A DNA stretch of 64,000 nt from an uncultured Planctomycetota bacterium. GTDB taxonomy: Bacteria; Planctomycetota; Planctomycetia; Isosphaerales; Isosphaeraceae. The translations under genes were made by a program, and so were the position numbers. Positions within the stretch are counted from its first letter, which is position 1; every line of letters starts with the position of its first letter. This document shows, piece by piece, positions 13,222 to 25,379 of the stretch. The stretch is from NCBI GenBank assembly GCA_963845755.1, contig CAWJTV010000021.1, positions 19,239 through 83,238 of the forward strand. Reading direction: 5' to 3'. Below the pieces are notes generated by a model. The model was not told the origin of the DNA, searched no databases, and was given only the letters and a program-made list of their open reading frames with translations.

Positions 13222-14958
13222 CTATCGATCGACCCCGCCCAACCAACTCAGGGCCACCACGGCGGCCAGCCCGGCCATCCCAATCACGGCCAGCATGACC
13301 AGCGCGACGCCCGCGAGGTCGCTCGCGACACCCGTGTGCAGTAGGCCCCAGAGGAACACCGACATGGGCTCGATGCCGGGCGGATAGACCTGGTTGGTGG
13401 CGGGGAGCTCGCCCAGTCCGAGCGCCAGGGCGACCATCCAGGCGGCCAGGACCGCGCACCATGACAACGGGAAGGCGACGCGGAACAACTGGCCCCAGGG
13501 GCCATAACCATCGAGCGCGGCGGCATCGAGATAGTCCTGCGGGAATGCGCGCAGGAACGGCCACAGGACGAGCAGGGTGAACGGAAGCGCGCAGAGCGCC
13601 TGCGCCATCACGATGATCGCCGAGGAATCATAAAGGGCAGGCCAATCGCGGTAGGCCAGGACCAACGCCCGTCCGGCAACCGGTCCCGGCGTGGCCAGTG
13701 CGACGATCATCGTCGCCAGCATCACCCATCGCCAGGCGCACGACCGCCGGGCGGCCCAGGCCAGGCCATAGGCGATCGCGGTCGTCGCCGTGGCGGCCAG
13801 CGCGGCCCAGAAGAGGCTGGCGAATAACGGGTCCCGCGTCTCGCCGGCCGCGAGCTGCAGCGTGCCCATCAATCCGCCGAAAGACCACGTCGGCGGTCTC
13901 CCCAGGTTCGCGCGGCCGCCGACGCGGCCCGCGCGCCAGAGCAAGCCATAAAGGGGAAACGCAATCGTGTTTCCGATCACGGCGATGAGCAGGATCCCAC
14001 CAGGAATCCGCCAGGCTCCGAGTCGCCAGGTTCTGGCCCGGGAGAAAGATGAGATCAATCGAGCCGGGTCGAGGCGCGACAGGGCCCGGCCCACGAGCAG
14101 GATCATCAGCGCGAGGATGACCATCGGCGGCAGCGCGACGATCGCCGCATCGGCGAGTCCGTGTCCGAGGATGAATTGGACGAACGTCTCCTCGGCATAG
14201 GTGCGAATCTGGAGTAGGTCCGTGACGGTCATGTCGCCGGCCGTGAGCACGGCGACTGCCAGCGCGGCCGCCGCGATCGCGCCGATGGCCCGCCGGATCG
14301 TGACCTGAGTCCAGACGCGCCATGGCCCGAATTCCAGGCGGCGGATTCTTCCAGCTCCGGCTCGACTCGCGCACAGGCCGACGCCCGCCAGCAGCACGAC
14401 CCAGGGAAGGGCCGCCAGCGCATGCACGACCGCCGCACCGAACCGGCCGACCAGGATCGGCCGCATGCCCAATACCTGCATCCGACCGGCATTCCCCAGC
14501 GCCCCCAGCCACGCCGTCGCCTGTAACGGCAGCGGGACGAACGCCGTGATGGCGACGAGCGCCAGCATCACCCGACGGCCCCAGATATCCGTCCGGAACA
14601 GGAAGATCGCCAGCAAGACGCCGATGGGCAGGGCCAAGGCCTCGGCGGCCAGGACCAGCCCGGTCGTCTCCAGGCCGAGCCGGACCGGCCGCGCCAGCCC
14701 TCGGGTCTCGCGGAGTAACGCCGCCGTCCCGGCCGGGTCCAGCGCGGCGACAGGTTCGTCGTCGTCCGAGAACTCGATCTCCTTCCACTGGTCCAGGGCG
14801 TCCGCGAGCCTGGTCCAGCCCGATCGGCGGAGCGATCCCTCCAGCTTGGCGACGGCTCGCGTCGCCTCCAGGACAGTCGCCACGACCGGCCAACCAACGA
14901 GGAACATCAGCGCGAAGGACAAGGTGAGCCCGGCCAGGAGCCCCCATGCCCGGCTCAC
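13222..14958 (-). CDS. ABC transporter permease, FbpB/ThiP-like with two permease domains
   Basis: Multi-TM; EAA-like loop DAAALDGYGPWGQLFRVAFP; first EAA region looks locally frameshifted. Confidence 0.8.
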   Translation of the reverse strand: MSRAWGLLAGLTLSFALMFLVGWPVVATVLEATRAVAKLEGSLRRSGWTRLADALDQWKEIEFSDDDEPVAALDPAGTAALLRETRGLARPVRLGLETTGLVLAAEALALPIGVLLAIFLFRTDIWGRRVMLALVAITAFVPLPLQATAWLGALGNAGRMQVLGMRPILVGRFGAAVVHALAALPWVVLLAGVGLCASRAGAGRIRRLEFGPWRVWTQVTIRRAIGAIAAAALAVAVLTAGDMTVTDLLQIRTYAEETFVQFILGHGLADAAIVALPPMVILALMILLVGRALSRLDPARLISSFSRARTWRLGAWRIPGGILLIAVIGNTIAFPLYGLLWRAGRVGGRANLGRPPTWSFGGLMGTLQLAAGETRDPLFASLFWAALAATATTAIAYGLAWAARRSCAWRWVMLATMIVALATPGPVAGRALVLAYRDWPALYDSSAIIVMAQALCALPFTLLVLWPFLRAFPQDYLDAAALDGYGPWGQLFRVAFPLSWCAVLAAWMVALALGLGELPATNQVYPPGIEPMSVFLWGLLHTGVASDLAGVALVMLAVIGMAGLAAVVALSWLGGVDR

Positions 14959-15785
14959 GGTCGCAGTCCCGCCGCTCGCATCAGGGCGGCCGTTTTCTCA
15001 TACGCCTCACGGACCCATTCCACGATCCTGGACGGTTCCGGCGAGTACTCCAGCTCGATCGAGATCGTCGCGTCGGGGATCGCCAGGTCCTTGATCGCGT
15101 TCAAGTACGGCGCGAAGTCTACGACCCCGCGGCCCGGCGGCAGGTCGCCATGGACCTTGCCGTCACAGTCGGAGATGTGCACATGGGCGACGCGGCCCCT
15201 CAAGGTCTCGATCAACGCGGCGGGTTGCCGCGAGAGGACCAGGTGCGAGATGTCCAGGTTGGCTCTCACCGAGGGATGGTCCACCTCGGACAGGAACCGC
15301 GCCATACTCGCGACGTCATGCAGCAGCGACAGGTGGAACGGCTCGAGCTCCAGGGCGAGCTCCAGGCCGAGCCCGCAGGCATACTGGCCGAGATCACGCA
15401 CGTTCTTGACAGCGGCCGCCCACTGATGGGCCGGCGGGATCACCTCCTGCTGCCAGATGTACTCGCCCAGGACCAGTAACACGTTTCTCGCCTCGAACAG
15501 GTATGCCATATCGAGATAGGCCCGGACCCGGTCGAGGTGGAATCGCTGGACGCTCGGGTTGAAGTCGACCAGCCCCACGGCGACGCAGGCGAGGCTGATG
15601 ATCGGCAGCCCGGCGTCGTCGCATTCGTCCTTGATCAGCCGCTTCTCCTTGACGTCGATGTCGAGCGGATCGGCGAAGATGTCGATCGAGTCGAACCCGA
15701 GCTCCCGCGTCTTATGGATACCGAACGACGTCCCGCGTCCCGATTGAACCCACGCGGAATTGATCAGGCCGAGTTTCATGGGCAT
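14955..15785 (-). CDS. Sugar phosphate isomerase/epimerase (xylose isomerase-like TIM barrel)
   Basis: LALELEP, NLDISH, HVHISD, GDLPPGRG, SIELE. Confidence 0.88.
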   Translation of the reverse strand: MPMKLGLINSAWVQSGRGTSFGIHKTRELGFDSIDIFADPLDIDVKEKRLIKDECDDAGLPIISLACVAVGLVDFNPSVQRFHLDRVRAYLDMAYLFEARNVLLVLGEYIWQQEVIPPAHQWAAAVKNVRDLGQYACGLGLELALELEPFHLSLLHDVASMARFLSEVDHPSVRANLDISHLVLSRQPAALIETLRGRVAHVHISDCDGKVHGDLPPGRGVVDFAPYLNAIKDLAIPDATISIELEYSPEPSRIVEWVREAYEKTAALMRAAGLRP

Positions 15786-15824
15786 GGGTCTCCATCATGG
15801 GGCTTCTTTGCGAGTGCAAACGGA

Positions 15825-15974
15825 CTCCAGATTCAAAAACCGGGAATCATCCGATCGAGAGTCGAAACCTATCTAAGATGCGTGCAACACGGAAAGATCA
15901 TAACGAGGAAGATTGTATTTGGAATTTTAAATCTGGAATCTCGATTTGTGAATCGGAAATTCCGAGTTTCAAAC
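15825..15974. repeat. Degenerate 7-bp periodic repeats, two opposed tracts
   Basis: ACTCCAG ATTCAAA AACCGGG ... TTGGAAT TTTAAAT CTGGAAT CTCGATT TGTGAAT CGGAAAT TCCGAGT. Confidence 0.6.
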
Positions 15975-17488
15975 AACGCCCTGCGCCGCGGATGATACCT
16001 GGCCGGCACCAGGACGCTTCGGCTGCAAGGGGATGCGGACCGTGAAGCGAGATCCTTGGCCCAGAGTGGATTGGACTTCGATGGTCCCGTGGTGCTCCTG
16101 GACGATCCCGTAGCTGATCGAGAGGCCCAGGCCGGTCCCCTCGCCCAGCGGCTTGGTGGTGAAGAACGGGTCGAAGATCCGTTCGCGGACGGCCGGCTCG
16201 ATGCCGGAACCAGTGTCGGCGATCTCGAACCGGATTCCACCCCGCTCGGGATCGGTCCCGGTCCGCATCGTGACCGTGCCGTTGTTCCCGCAGGCGTCGA
16301 TCGCATTCATCAATAAGTTGACTACGACTTGATGGAGCCTCGCGGCGCGGCAGCGGACCGGGGGCAAGGCACCCAGCTCCATAACGACCTTGACCCCGTG
16401 CTTACGGGCGTAGCCTTGGACCATGTTCACCGAGGATTCGATGCCGGGATTCAGGTCGACCTCGTTCCATTCCCCCTCGTCAACACGGGCGAACAGCCGG
16501 AGATCCTTGACGATCCGCTCGATCCGTCGCAGGCCCTCGCGGCTGCGCTCGAAGATCCTCGGCAGGTTCTCCAGGCAGTAATCCAGGTCGAGCTGCTCGG
16601 AAAGATGGGCGACCTGTTCTTCCAGGGGAGCCCGCTCTCCGTCGCGCGCATTCGCAAGACGACGGTAGAGGCCGACGAGGGCGACGAGGTCGAGCAGGTC
16701 GCGTTCCAGCACGGCCACATTGTTGCTGACGAATGCAAGTGGATTGTTGATCTCGTGCGCCACGCCGGCCACGAGCTGGCCGAGGCTGGCAAGTTTCTCG
16801 GTTTCCACCATCCGGCTCTGCGCCGCCTTGAGGGCGTCGTGGGCCTGGTGTTCCGATTCCGCCAGCTCCTGGAGCGTGACGTTCTGCTCCTTGAGCTTTT
16901 CTTCGGCGCTGCATGCGCTCGGTTACGTCCCAGAAGATGCCCTGAATACCGATGGCCACGCCGTCGGGGCCGAACAGCGGCGTTTTCATCGTCTGGACGT
17001 AGAGTTTCTCCCCCTTGGGCGTGACGTGCTGCTCGACGACGTCGAGGACCTTGCCACTCGCGATGACCCGTTGATCGTCGGCGCGGTATTTTTCGGCGAG
17101 CTCGGGTGGGAAGAAATCGAGGTCGGTCTTTCCCTTGATCTGTTCCAGCGTCGTCCCGAGCTCCGCGCAGAACTTCTGGTTGGCGAACGTGAATCGGCCG
17201 TCGAGGTCCTTGCAGAGGATCATCTGGGGGATCGTCTCGACGAGCGAGTGATAGAAGACCTCGGTCTGGCGCAAGGCGCTCGGCCCGGCGCCGCTGCGAT
17301 GCCTGGGCACGAAGCAGGGAGAAGCGGTTGACGCGTCGTGCCCGCCAGGAGCGGAGCCGGACCAGGGCGAGTGCACCAATTGTCATCCCCAGCGCCACGG
17401 CCCCGGCGACGAACGGCCATGTTGCATCTGCGGGCCATGGCAGCGCCCCGTGCGCGACCTGCGTCAATCCTGGGACGGCAAGTAACAT
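15969..17488 (-). CDS. PAS-domain sensor histidine kinase (frameshifted)
   Basis: N-terminal TM; PAS ([15 protein letters not shown]); H-box [12 protein letters not shown]1, F, G2 boxes ([20 protein letters not shown]). Confidence 0.88.
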
Positions 17489-17498
17489 CAAGGTGAGC

Positions 17499-18588
17499 CT
17501 ACCCTGTGAATTCGTCCGGCCGCGCGACGCCGTCTCCGCGCGCCGCGGACCGGACGGCCTCGCAGAGCGCGATCGTCTTGAGATTGTCCCGACCGGAGAT
17601 GTCCGGCGCCTTGCCCGTTTCCAGGGCCTTCAGCAGACCTCCCATCGTACCGGCAAATGCGTCCGGGAACCAGTTCGCCGACGATCGCGGTCGGTGCCAG
17701 GCACCCTGGTTGCGGATCGTCGTATAGTCGATCGTGCTCGGCACCCGATCCGGCCACGAGGGCCAGCCGATCTCGCCGAGAGCCATTCCCTCGGTCCCTT
17801 CGAAACGCCATCTCACGGTCGCGTTCGACCCCGCTCCCTCGCGCCGGCCCCGACCAGACGTCGTCCCAGCCCGACGCACGCGCGCCGTTCTCATACTCGA
17901 GGATATATAAATTGATTCCGTCTTCGTGGGGAAACGGGGTTCTCGGATCGGGACGCGTGCTCGCCAGCACCCGGAGCGGATCGCCGAGCCAGTATCGGAA
18001 TGTGTCCAGGTGGTGGATGCTCATGACGAACGTGGAGAGGGACCGCCCCTCTCGCGCCCAGGGCATCCAGTGGGGGATCGCGCGCAGCTCGATCGTCGCC
18101 AGCACCGGTCGGCCCAGTTCACCGCGGTCGAGCAGCGTCTTCAAGGCCCTCACCGAGGGATCATACCGCATGTTCTGGTTGACCTGGAGGACCACGCCGG
18201 CGAGTTCGCACGTGTTGACGATCGTCGCGGCCTCGGCATACGACATTGCCAGCGGCTTCTGGGCCAGGATGCCCCGCATGCGGCGAGGATGAGCGAGAAT
18301 CCGCCGGATGACGGCCGGTTGAGCGTTGGGCGGCACCGCGACGTCCACGACTTCGATCGCCGGGTCGTCGAGCATTTCCTCTAGCGATGGGTAGACCTTC
18401 GAGATTTGCCGCAGAGCGGCGACTTCGCGCGCGGCCTCGATGGTCCGCGAGGTGATCCCGGCGACGCGGAACCCGGCATCCGCGTAGGCCACCAGGTGGC
18501 AATCGCGGACGATGAACCCCGCGCCAACGACGCCGATGCCGATGTTGCATTTGGGGAGATCGTGTGTATCGGTTTCCTCGACGGGCAT
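17499..18588 (-). CDS. Gfo/Idh/MocA family oxidoreductase (frameshift ~17840)
   Basis: GVVGAGFI, AQKPLA, NQNMRY, IHHLD. Confidence 0.87.
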
Positions 18589-18621
18589 TCAAACTCGTCC
18601 GATCCAGGTTCAAGCGGCAGG

Positions 18622-19579
18622 TCACGCCCGGGGCCGGGAGAATTCGGGACTGTCACCGTTCGTTGATACAACGCTGTTGGCGCGATGTCCAGGGGTTGCC
18701 ACATCAGGTGGCAAGAGCAACTCGTGGCCTTCCGCCGCGCCGAACGGTCGAAACCATCTCACGAATTCGTCTTCGACGGACCGACGATGAACCGCGCGGT
18801 GCGATTCGCGCCATGGCGAGCAACGGCGCGGCAATCCCGAATGCGGCGACGCCGTTCTGCCAGAGGGTCAGCCAGATCGAGGGAGACCCGATCGCCAGCG
18901 CCGCCATGACGGTCAACCCAAGCAACACGACGTGAGGTTCGCACGCCTTGTAGGCCGGCCACGTGATTGCGGCGAGGCCCCGGTGCGGCCAGGCGGCGGG
19001 CGGCTGAGGCCGGCCGCCGGCACCACCATCGATGCGGTAGCTTCCCGTCGCGGCCTTGAGCCGCTGGAAGAACGCCTTGTAGCGGCAGTCGTTGTGGAGG
19101 CTCAAGAGCGACCAGCCGATGCCGATCGCGAAGCCGGCGATCGACCAGCGAGGGTCTCCCGATCGCGCCGACAGGCCATAACCCAGCGCGAAGCCCATCG
19201 CCAGGTTCGCAGCGTGATGCATGAGGTAATCGAGGTAGACGCCATCCAGACTCGCCGTCCCGCGCCAGCGGGCGACCTGGCCGTCGACATGGTCGAGCCA
19301 GAACGCCAGGTGCGCTAGCGCAACGCCCACGACGAACATCCACTGTTCGCCCGTGCCGATGGCCAGGGCCGCCGCGAGCGATGACAGCCAGGCCGCCGCG
19401 GTCACCTGGTGCGCGGAGAGTCCCAGCCGGATGGCCAGCCAGCAGCCATAGACGGCGCTCGGCCGGGCGACCCGGCGCGCTAGCCAGTTGCCGATCTCAT
19501 GGTGCCGGCCTTTCTGGACGCATCCCCTCAGCTCGGCGAGCGTCGGCCGACTGAGCCTCTCGTTCATCGTGATCGTCAT
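18622..19579 (-). CDS. CDP-alcohol phosphatidyltransferase family protein (frameshift ~18810)
   Basis: DHVDGQVARWRGTASLDGVYLD matches DxxDGxxAR...G..LD. Confidence 0.88.
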
Positions 19580-21467
19580 CGTGTGGGACCTTGCGCGGGA
19601 TGGGATGCCAGGCGATTATTCGAAAGGTCATAGATCGCATAGCGGCGGAGGACGCCGTCGCCGTCGGTCAAGTCTTCGCGATAGACCGGAACCCGGCCGG
19701 CCAGCCAGGGGGCCAGCAGACAGCCAAGGGTCGGGTCGAACTCGATCGCCGTCTCGGGGACCGGCGGGCAGAGCATCAGGTGGGTGAACCCGGATTCCCG
19801 GAGCCGAGCGACGATCTCCGCGGACGACTCGCCATGGCGGCCCAAGCCGGTCCTGCGGCGGTGGGCCAGCTCCATCGTGTAAGGACGCGGGATATAAAAG
19901 CCCCGATGGTCCTGTCCGATCAGGTGAGCCGTCGCGGGCAGGTTTCGCCCGGCCCATCGCCCCACGACGTAGGTCGGCTCGCGACGCGCCAGCAACGACT
20001 CGGCTGATTCGCGCCCCGCCACCAGGCCCAGCATGTGGCGGCTCCGCGCCAGGGCCAGGCCCGCCTCGAGTCCCAGTGCTGCCAGCAGGACTCCCATCAA
20101 CAACCGCGCCGGCACCGTCCTTCGATCGCACCAGGCGCTGGCGCCTTGTGCTACAGCGATGGCCAATGGTCCCAGCGCGATCAGGACGAACCGCATGCTC
20201 TGTCTCTGCGTCAGGCAGAGCATCAGGAAGAGATATGCCAGCGCCGCCAGGCCGAGCACGCGACGCGGCAATCGCTCCATCAGGGCCACCGGGAGGAAGA
20301 GCAGGAAGATCGGTCCGAACTGGTGCGAGAAGCTGTCGAAGCGGTCGGGCTGGAGGGTGAGCGGGCCCAGGGCCAGGAGCAGCTTCCACGGAGTGACGGC
20401 CAGAGGCCGCTTGATCGGGTCGAGCACTTCATCCAGTCCCGCCCCACCGAAGACCTGCCGGAAGAATGGATAGACGGGGTTGCCGGTGTGAAGATACGCC
20501 CGCAAGTACCAGCAGCCTCCCACCGCAATCGCGACCGCGGCATAGATCGCCGTCAACGCCAGCCACGACCGGCGCGGGTGCATGTCCCCTTTCGGACGCT
20601 CTCGCAGGCGCTGAAACGCCGTCGCCGCGACCAGCAGGACAAAGAGGATGAGCGCCGGGTACTTCACGCCGGCCGCCAGCCCGGCGAAGACCCCCGCGAC
20701 GGCCGCCGCCGCAATGCTCGGCCGGTCCAACAGCCGAACCCAGGCGAAGACCGCGGCCGTCCCGAATGCAGCCAGCGCCACGTCGTTGAGCGGGGCCGAC
20801 ATCCCATTGGAGACCGCCGGGGCTAGCAAAACGATCGCGCCGGCCCACCAGGCTCGGCGACCCAGGCTCGGCCGCGCCAGCGCCGTCAGATTGGCGAACC
20901 ACGCGAGTCCGAGCGCCACTGGATCCATCGGCATGCGACCGGCCCTCGAAACTCGAGCGCCGGCAGGTAGGTCAGCTCCGTCACCAGAGGATAGACCGTC
21001 TCATGCAGGTCGGGGTCGAACCCGACGGCCCGATGCATGAGGAATTCCTTTGGCACCTGGAGGTGATAGCATAGCGCATCGCCGTCGGTCACCGGGCCGG
21101 CCGCGACGAGGGCCGTCCCGAGAAGGACCGTTCCCAGGCAGGACGCCAGTACACGGCTCGCGGTCGATCGGTCGCGTTCCTCGGCACGATCGCAAATCCA
21201 CCCCCATAGCTCCCGGAGGAGCCGGACTGCCGGGCCGACGCCCATCTCCATCCACACTGCTAGCAAGACCGACAATCCCAGTCCGTTCAACCAGCCCAGT
21301 TCACCCAGCACGAGCGTCCCCAGGGCCATCAGGCCCATGCCGAGCGGCAGCGCCAGGGCGATCGCCTCCAGCGGATGCTCCGGCGCCTGACCGGCTCGGT
21401 CGAGGATCCGTTTGCCGGTTCCCAGGGAGATCAACGCCAGGAAGATCGCAAAGAGCAGGTCGATCAT
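19576..21467 (-). CDS. GT-C/ArnT-like polytopic membrane glycosyltransferase (frameshifted ~20900-20960)
   Basis: DALCYHL, NDVALA, GVKY, WYLRAYLHTGNPVYPF; many TMs. Confidence 0.72.
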
Positions 21468-21472
21468 GCCGT

Positions 21473-21511
21473 GGAGAGTGGGGAGTGGAGATTGGAGAGT
21501 CGATAGTGGCC
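21473..21511. repeat. Heptamer repeat tract
   Basis: GAGAGTG GGGAGTG GAGATTG GAGAGTC GATAGTG. Confidence 0.5.
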
Positions 21512-21521
21512 ACGCTCGCCA

Positions 21522-22233
21522 CTACCCGAGCACAGCGACGCAGAACTGCGAAGACCGGGGATCAGGGTCCACGGGGATCGGTCCGGATTCGCCCAGGGGG
21601 ATTCCTTGCGCGATACCAGGCGGAAATATCATAGCCGTAACGGTTATAGCTGCGGCTCGTCTCCTCGTTATGGGCTGCGAACCGCCGGGCGACGCGGAGG
21701 ATCTCCTTGCGGATCCGTTCAGCGGCCGGCGGCGGATTATGCAGGATGACCGCCGAGGTGACGACCAAGTCGAAGGAATCGTCGGGGAATGGCAGGCATT
21801 CGCCGCAGCCCAGGAGCAGCGCGATGGAGTCGTCGCCGCCCAGGTAATCGCGAGCGAGCTGCAACTGCGTGGGACTGAAGTCAATACCCGTCAAGGGGAT
21901 GTCGAGCCGATCGCGGATCTCGCGCAAGAGCTTGCCGTACCCGCAGCCGACTTCCAGGACGGAGCGCGGTTGATAGCCAACCAGCCGCTCGGCGATCCAC
22001 TCGGCACGCCGGCTCCGTGCCGGCTGGCCCTCTTGTTCCCGAAAATAATCATCCCCGCCACGGAGTGTCCAATAACGGCGGGGGTCGGCGTATAACCAGC
22101 GTCGTTTCCAGGCAGGCCAGCGGCCGAGGCTCCGTCGGAGTAGCTTGTGCCAGGCATACTGGGCGCCGCGAGTCCGCCAGGCTCTCCAGGCGCGAGTGGG
22201 GAGGGCGGGATACGAGCGAACGTTCAGGTCCAT
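21522..22233 (-). CDS. Class I SAM-dependent methyltransferase (frameshift ~21600)
   Basis: VLEVGCGYG, GIDFS, LPFPDDSFDLV. Confidence 0.87.
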
Positions 22234-22659
22234 GGTACCTTCCCTGGTAAACCGATGTTCCCGGGCGCATCGCGAACGGGTCGAGGCGAAATGATGAAAG
22301 ACGGGATCGGCGCATCGGAAAGCCCCACCGCGGATGGGCAGGCGACGAGTCATCGCCGCCGGGAGTCTACGGGGCCGACGCCTTGCGGTCAAGGCGGTCT
22401 GATCGGCACGCGTCCCGAGGGGGCGCCCGCGCGGGAATGAAAGCGCGTCAACGGGGCGGGGCGGGGCGGGTGACGCGATCCATTGCCCCATACCACGGGC
22501 TGGGTTACGAGCGATCGCCGACGCGGCCATCGGATCGACTTACGCCCGGGCGGTTCGCGACGTATAATGAATTCGATAGGTACGATACGGTCGTCGTTCG
22601 TCCGGAGCCTTGGGGGATTGGCGGTAAATCGGCACCAGCGGGAAAGGACTTGCCTGAAT

Positions 22660-23223
22660 ATGGGCGTGAGTTCCGGGCGATCGCGGGTCGCCGACCTATC
22701 GTTTCAGGTCTTTCATCGCTCCCTGCATCCCGAGTGGTTCGCCACGCGGGCGTTTCGCCGAGTCGAGCGACAGGGCTGGGGGGCGGACCTCCGGATCACC
22801 GAGGGGGGACATGTCGTCCTGTTTCGCTCTGGTACCATCGGACTCACAGAGATCCTGTCCGGTCCCGAGACGGTCTTGCCCGAGGCCGGCCTGCTCTTCC
22901 ACTGTCATCCTCGCCACGAACGATCCACCCACTTGCGTCCCGGAGGCCTGATCGACTATCAGAGTTGCGTCGAGGTCGAGCGGGTGGACCTCGAGATCTT
23001 CCGCCACCTTTGCGAGGAGATGACCCTAGACGCGTCCCAGGACTCGCTCTTCCACCGCTACCGTTCGGCCAATCGCTTCGCCCCGCCGCCGATCACCCAT
23101 ATCCACATCGATGTCCGAGCCGGCGGGCTTGCGATCCAGTCGTTCCACACCTTTCCCGATGAGTGCGCCATCGTGCGGACCCAATCCCTGTTCGAGCTGA
23201 CGTCGTCGCTCTCCAAGCGTTGA
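22660..23223 (+). CDS. DUF2617-like protein
   Basis: RSLHPEWF ... FHTFPDECAIVRTQSLFE resembles DUF2617 (from recall). Confidence 0.65.
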   Translation: MGVSSGRSRVADLSFQVFHRSLHPEWFATRAFRRVERQGWGADLRITEGGHVVLFRSGTIGLTEILSGPETVLPEAGLLFHCHPRHERSTHLRPGGLIDYQSCVEVERVDLEIFRHLCEEMTLDASQDSLFHRYRSANRFAPPPITHIHIDVRAGGLAIQSFHTFPDECAIVRTQSLFELTSSLSKR

Positions 23224-23792
23224 GCCGGACTGATCGCGCCTACCGGGAGAATCACGGAAGATGGTTCACCAAAAAGGTGTCTCGAGTCGTCGCTTCGTAG
23301 CGGTCCCCCCGGTTGGACGAAGTCTGTCATGGCACCGAGTCGATTCGCTCCGCCGAAATTGGGACGCCGCGACTCGGCGCGTCGATAAAACGTCCGTTGG
23401 CCTCGGAGCGGACGCCGCGTCGCCCGGAATCTACCTGTCGCCGAGAGATGGACGGCGCCTCGCGTTCCAGTCGCCAGGAGGTATCGGATCTGTTCAGATG
23501 GATATCAAAGACACATAAGGAGATCGGTTTGAGCCGTCTGCGAGGACTCCACGGGAGAAAAATCGGTGAAAGTTTCAAAAAAAATCGTGCGGGGTTGGCA
23601 GCGATCCTAAGTGATGGCTGGATCACGCGCCGGTAGTGCCATACCAGCGTCGTGAATGGTGGAATGTCGGGCCGAAAGAGAGATTTCGATTGGCGTCACC
23701 GGGGCAGGCGGTTATCTTTCGGTTCGTTTGGCCGAGTCGAAATCGCCCCCCGATTCGGGTGTGCGGTTTGGCATCCGAGGAGCACTGCCACG

Positions 23793-24977
23793 ATGCCTCA
23801 TCTGTCTCGAGTTGATCGTGTTCGAGGGTGCTTGCTGGGCTTAGCCGTGGGGGACGCCTTGGGCGCCCCTCTGGAGGGGCTGAGTTCCCAGCAAATCCAA
23901 TCGCACTACGGTCGCGTGAGAAACTACGTCGATGGAGTCCAAGCATGGAAACGGAAGCCGTACCGATGGCGGTTGAGGGGGCTGTATTCCGATGATACAC
24001 AGCAGGCCCTCGCGTTGTGCGACGTGCTGATCGACCATCAACGCGTGGACCCGGAGCGGCTGGCCGATATCTACCTGGCGCTGGCGACTCCCAAAGGTTC
24101 GTTCGTCGGCGCCCACCGGGGCGTGGGCCGGAGCTTCCGCCAGGTCCTCGCCGCGCTGGAGCGGGGAGTGCCGGCGCATCTGGCCGGGCAGACGACCGCC
24201 GGCATCGGAGCGGCGATGCGCATTGCGCCGGTGCCCCTGTTCTTCGGTGATGAGCTGGACGCGCTGTTCCGCTCGGTGATGGCCGCCAGCCTGATGACCC
24301 ACCGCGATATCCGGAGTTTGAGCGGCGCCTTGGCCGTCGCCCACGCGGTCCGCCGCCTGGTCGCCGCGGAGCCACGCGAACCCAGCTTGCTGCTGTGGGT
24401 GGCATCCGATCTGGTCAAGGACGAGAAACGCATTGCGACGGATCACGGCAACCTGGTGATCAAGCTCGGCAAGCATGGAGGAAGTCTATCGCGGACCCTC
24501 GCCCATGCCGAATCCCTGCTCGATTCGCCCCGAGAACGGGTCCTGGCGGCGCTCGTCGATGAGGCCAATCGTCACGGTGCGGAACCGTCGTGCAAACGCC
24601 CTACCCAAGGGTTTCCACCCGCCTGCATCCCGACCTGCTTCTATCTCCTCTTGACCACCGACAGCTTCGAGGAAGCCGTCACGGATGTCGTGAACCTCGG
24701 CGGCGACGCCGATACCGCAGGGGCCATCCTCGGCGCCATGGCCGGCGCCGATTACGGAGCCGAGGCGATCCCCAAGCGATGGCTCGATGGACTCCAGAAC
24801 CGCGATGGGATCGAGGCCCGAGCCCTGGCCCTGGCGAAGCGATCCGGGGCCGGAATCCAGATCCCCGACCTGATCGCCACCGAACACGAATTGACTCGAA
24901 AGGAAGGCGCGATTCTCGAGCAGTTCATGTCGTTCGCTCGCGACGGCGGTGATCGCGGCGCCAACCACGTGCTCTGA
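23793..24977 (+). CDS. ADP-ribosylglycohydrolase family protein
   Basis: GLAVGDALG, YSDDT, GAAMRIAP, GGDADTAGAILG. Confidence 0.93.
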   Translation: MPHLSRVDRVRGCLLGLAVGDALGAPLEGLSSQQIQSHYGRVRNYVDGVQAWKRKPYRWRLRGLYSDDTQQALALCDVLIDHQRVDPERLADIYLALATPKGSFVGAHRGVGRSFRQVLAALERGVPAHLAGQTTAGIGAAMRIAPVPLFFGDELDALFRSVMAASLMTHRDIRSLSGALAVAHAVRRLVAAEPREPSLLLWVASDLVKDEKRIATDHGNLVIKLGKHGGSLSRTLAHAESLLDSPRERVLAALVDEANRHGAEPSCKRPTQGFPPACIPTCFYLLLTTDSFEEAVTDVVNLGGDADTAGAILGAMAGADYGAEAIPKRWLDGLQNRDGIEARALALAKRSGAGIQIPDLIATEHELTRKEGAILEQFMSFARDGGDRGANHVL

Positions 24978-25379
24978 CCCCGAAGTCTTAGCGAGGGCTC
25001 CGGCCAAGCCGCTGTCTTAGAAGCCGTGAACGCCTCAGTTCCCGAATCACGGATTCCCGGGACAGTGGACGTAAATCTCAGGATCTCTGGGCATTACGTT
25101 CATTGTACTCGGAATCTTCGATTCCGCGCTTTCCCGTTTTTTCCGGGAGGCGATTGTTGCCCTGGAGCATCCCTGGCCGCTGCGCATTCAGGTCGTACCT
25201 TTTCGGGGGCGGGATCTTGGGGTAAACTACAAGCAACTTCCGAGAACACATGCGTCCTACGGGAGGTCCGGCGGTCGCCGAGCCGTCATATCCCAATCAC
25301 CCTGGGAGTCCGGTGAATCGGTTGCATCCCACCGGCTTGCGCGGCTCATGGCTCCGGACTTCTGGGAGACCGCTCGCCG

